Under the pieces are notes generated by a model, which saw nothing but the letters and a program-made list of their open reading frames with translations, did not search any database and was not told the DNA's origin. This document shows positions 63,530-64,000 of a stretch of DNA of 64,000 bases, in pieces (the first letter of the stretch is position 1; each line of letters starts with the position of its first letter). The position numbers were made by a program, and so were the translations under genes. The stretch covers positions 4,521 to 68,520 of the IMG/VR virus record IMGVR_UViG_2681813215_000001; one strand, written 5' to 3'. The DNA comes from a virus. Taxonomy: Duplodnaviria; Caudoviricetes.

Positions 63530-64000
63530 TCAATCCTTGGGGCAGTAGTGCTTAACGGAGAGGTTCACGAAGCTGACCGCTTCGGCGGGTTTGGAGTCGG
63601 AGGATTTCGCGAACCCGTCAGCGACTTGTAGTTCCGTCTGCCCGTCTTTGAGGAGTGTGCACACCAGCTTGGCGTTGTAGATGGCGGTGCCGGCGGTGTC
63701 GTAGAAAACCCCGGTGCTCTCGAGGTCCATCAGGAATGCGGTGTCTTTGTCGGGGTTCAGTAGTTTGGGGGAGCGGTACGGCTCTGGTGGTGGGGTGACC
63801 GTGACGGTGACGGGCGCTGATTTCAGTGAGCCTGTGCCGTATACGGCGACCGCGGCTAAAGCGGCTATTCCGATGATCAGGAGCGCTACCGCGACACCCC
63901 AGCGGGCGTACGCGGGTTCTGTCTGGGGTTCTGCGACCGTCTCGGGTTCGGGGAGTTCGGAGCTGTAGGCAAGGGTTCCTTCCGACGCTGGGCGTGCCAT
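63530..64000 (-). CDS. Membrane-anchored DUF732-like protein
   Basis: TM helix, Pro/Thr linker, DTAFLMDL...AKLVCTLL...FVNLSVKHYCP; true start may lie outside the window. Confidence 0.78.
   Translation of the reverse strand: MARPASEGTLAYSSELPEPETVAEPQTEPAYARWGVAVALLIIGIAALAAVAVYGTGSLKSAPVTVTVTPPPEPYRSPKLLNPDKDTAFLMDLESTGVFYDTAGTAIYNAKLVCTLLKDGQTELQVADGFAKSSDSKPAEAVSFVNLSVKHYCPKD

Larger units (their letters stand above)
398..64000. mobile_element. Temperate mycobacteriophage prophage (siphovirus), right att outside the window
   Basis: Integration, immunity, replication, packaging, head, tail and lysis modules all present in order with no obvious broken core gene. Confidence 0.97.

Noticed and set aside
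1-64000. Transposase/IS, ESX-secreted polymorphic toxin cassette, phage tRNA cluster
   Set aside because: No recognisable motifs for any of these in the window.

Overview
Almost the whole window is one apparently intact temperate mycobacterial siphovirus prophage of about 63.5 kb or more. A Mycobacterium/Mycobacteroides host is inferred from WhiB, DUF732, LysB and the virion genes. It is integrated at the 3' half of a tRNA-Arg(UCU) gene. The partial-tRNA att junction is at ~398-439 and the other att lies beyond base 64000. Gene order: tyrosine integrase; a leftward acyltransferase-3 plus XRE/MmyB regulator cassette; a membrane protein convergent with the immunity repressor; cro, antirepressor and xis; about 50 small early genes (C5-MTase, HNHs, a replication initiator with iterons, two WhiBs); a glycosyltransferase/methyltransferase cluster; HNH, putative cos, TerS, TerL; head and tail genes (with a -1 TAC frameshift and a beta-lactamase-fold minor tail protein); LysA, holin, LysB; then an accessory right arm. 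The strongest non-routine signals are four. (1) Eight dispersed copies of a fixed-geometry element TAGAC(A/C)(C/T)CG(C/T)-N19/20-[-10 hexamer]-N6/7-ATG in front of small accessory genes on both strands. (2) A 43-44 bp periodic palindromic repeat/15-nt spacer mini-array abutting one of these elements. (3) A perfect mycobacterial LexA box over a leaderless late-region gene. (4) Surface-modification cargo. All protein calls are from motif recognition only; no database searches were run.
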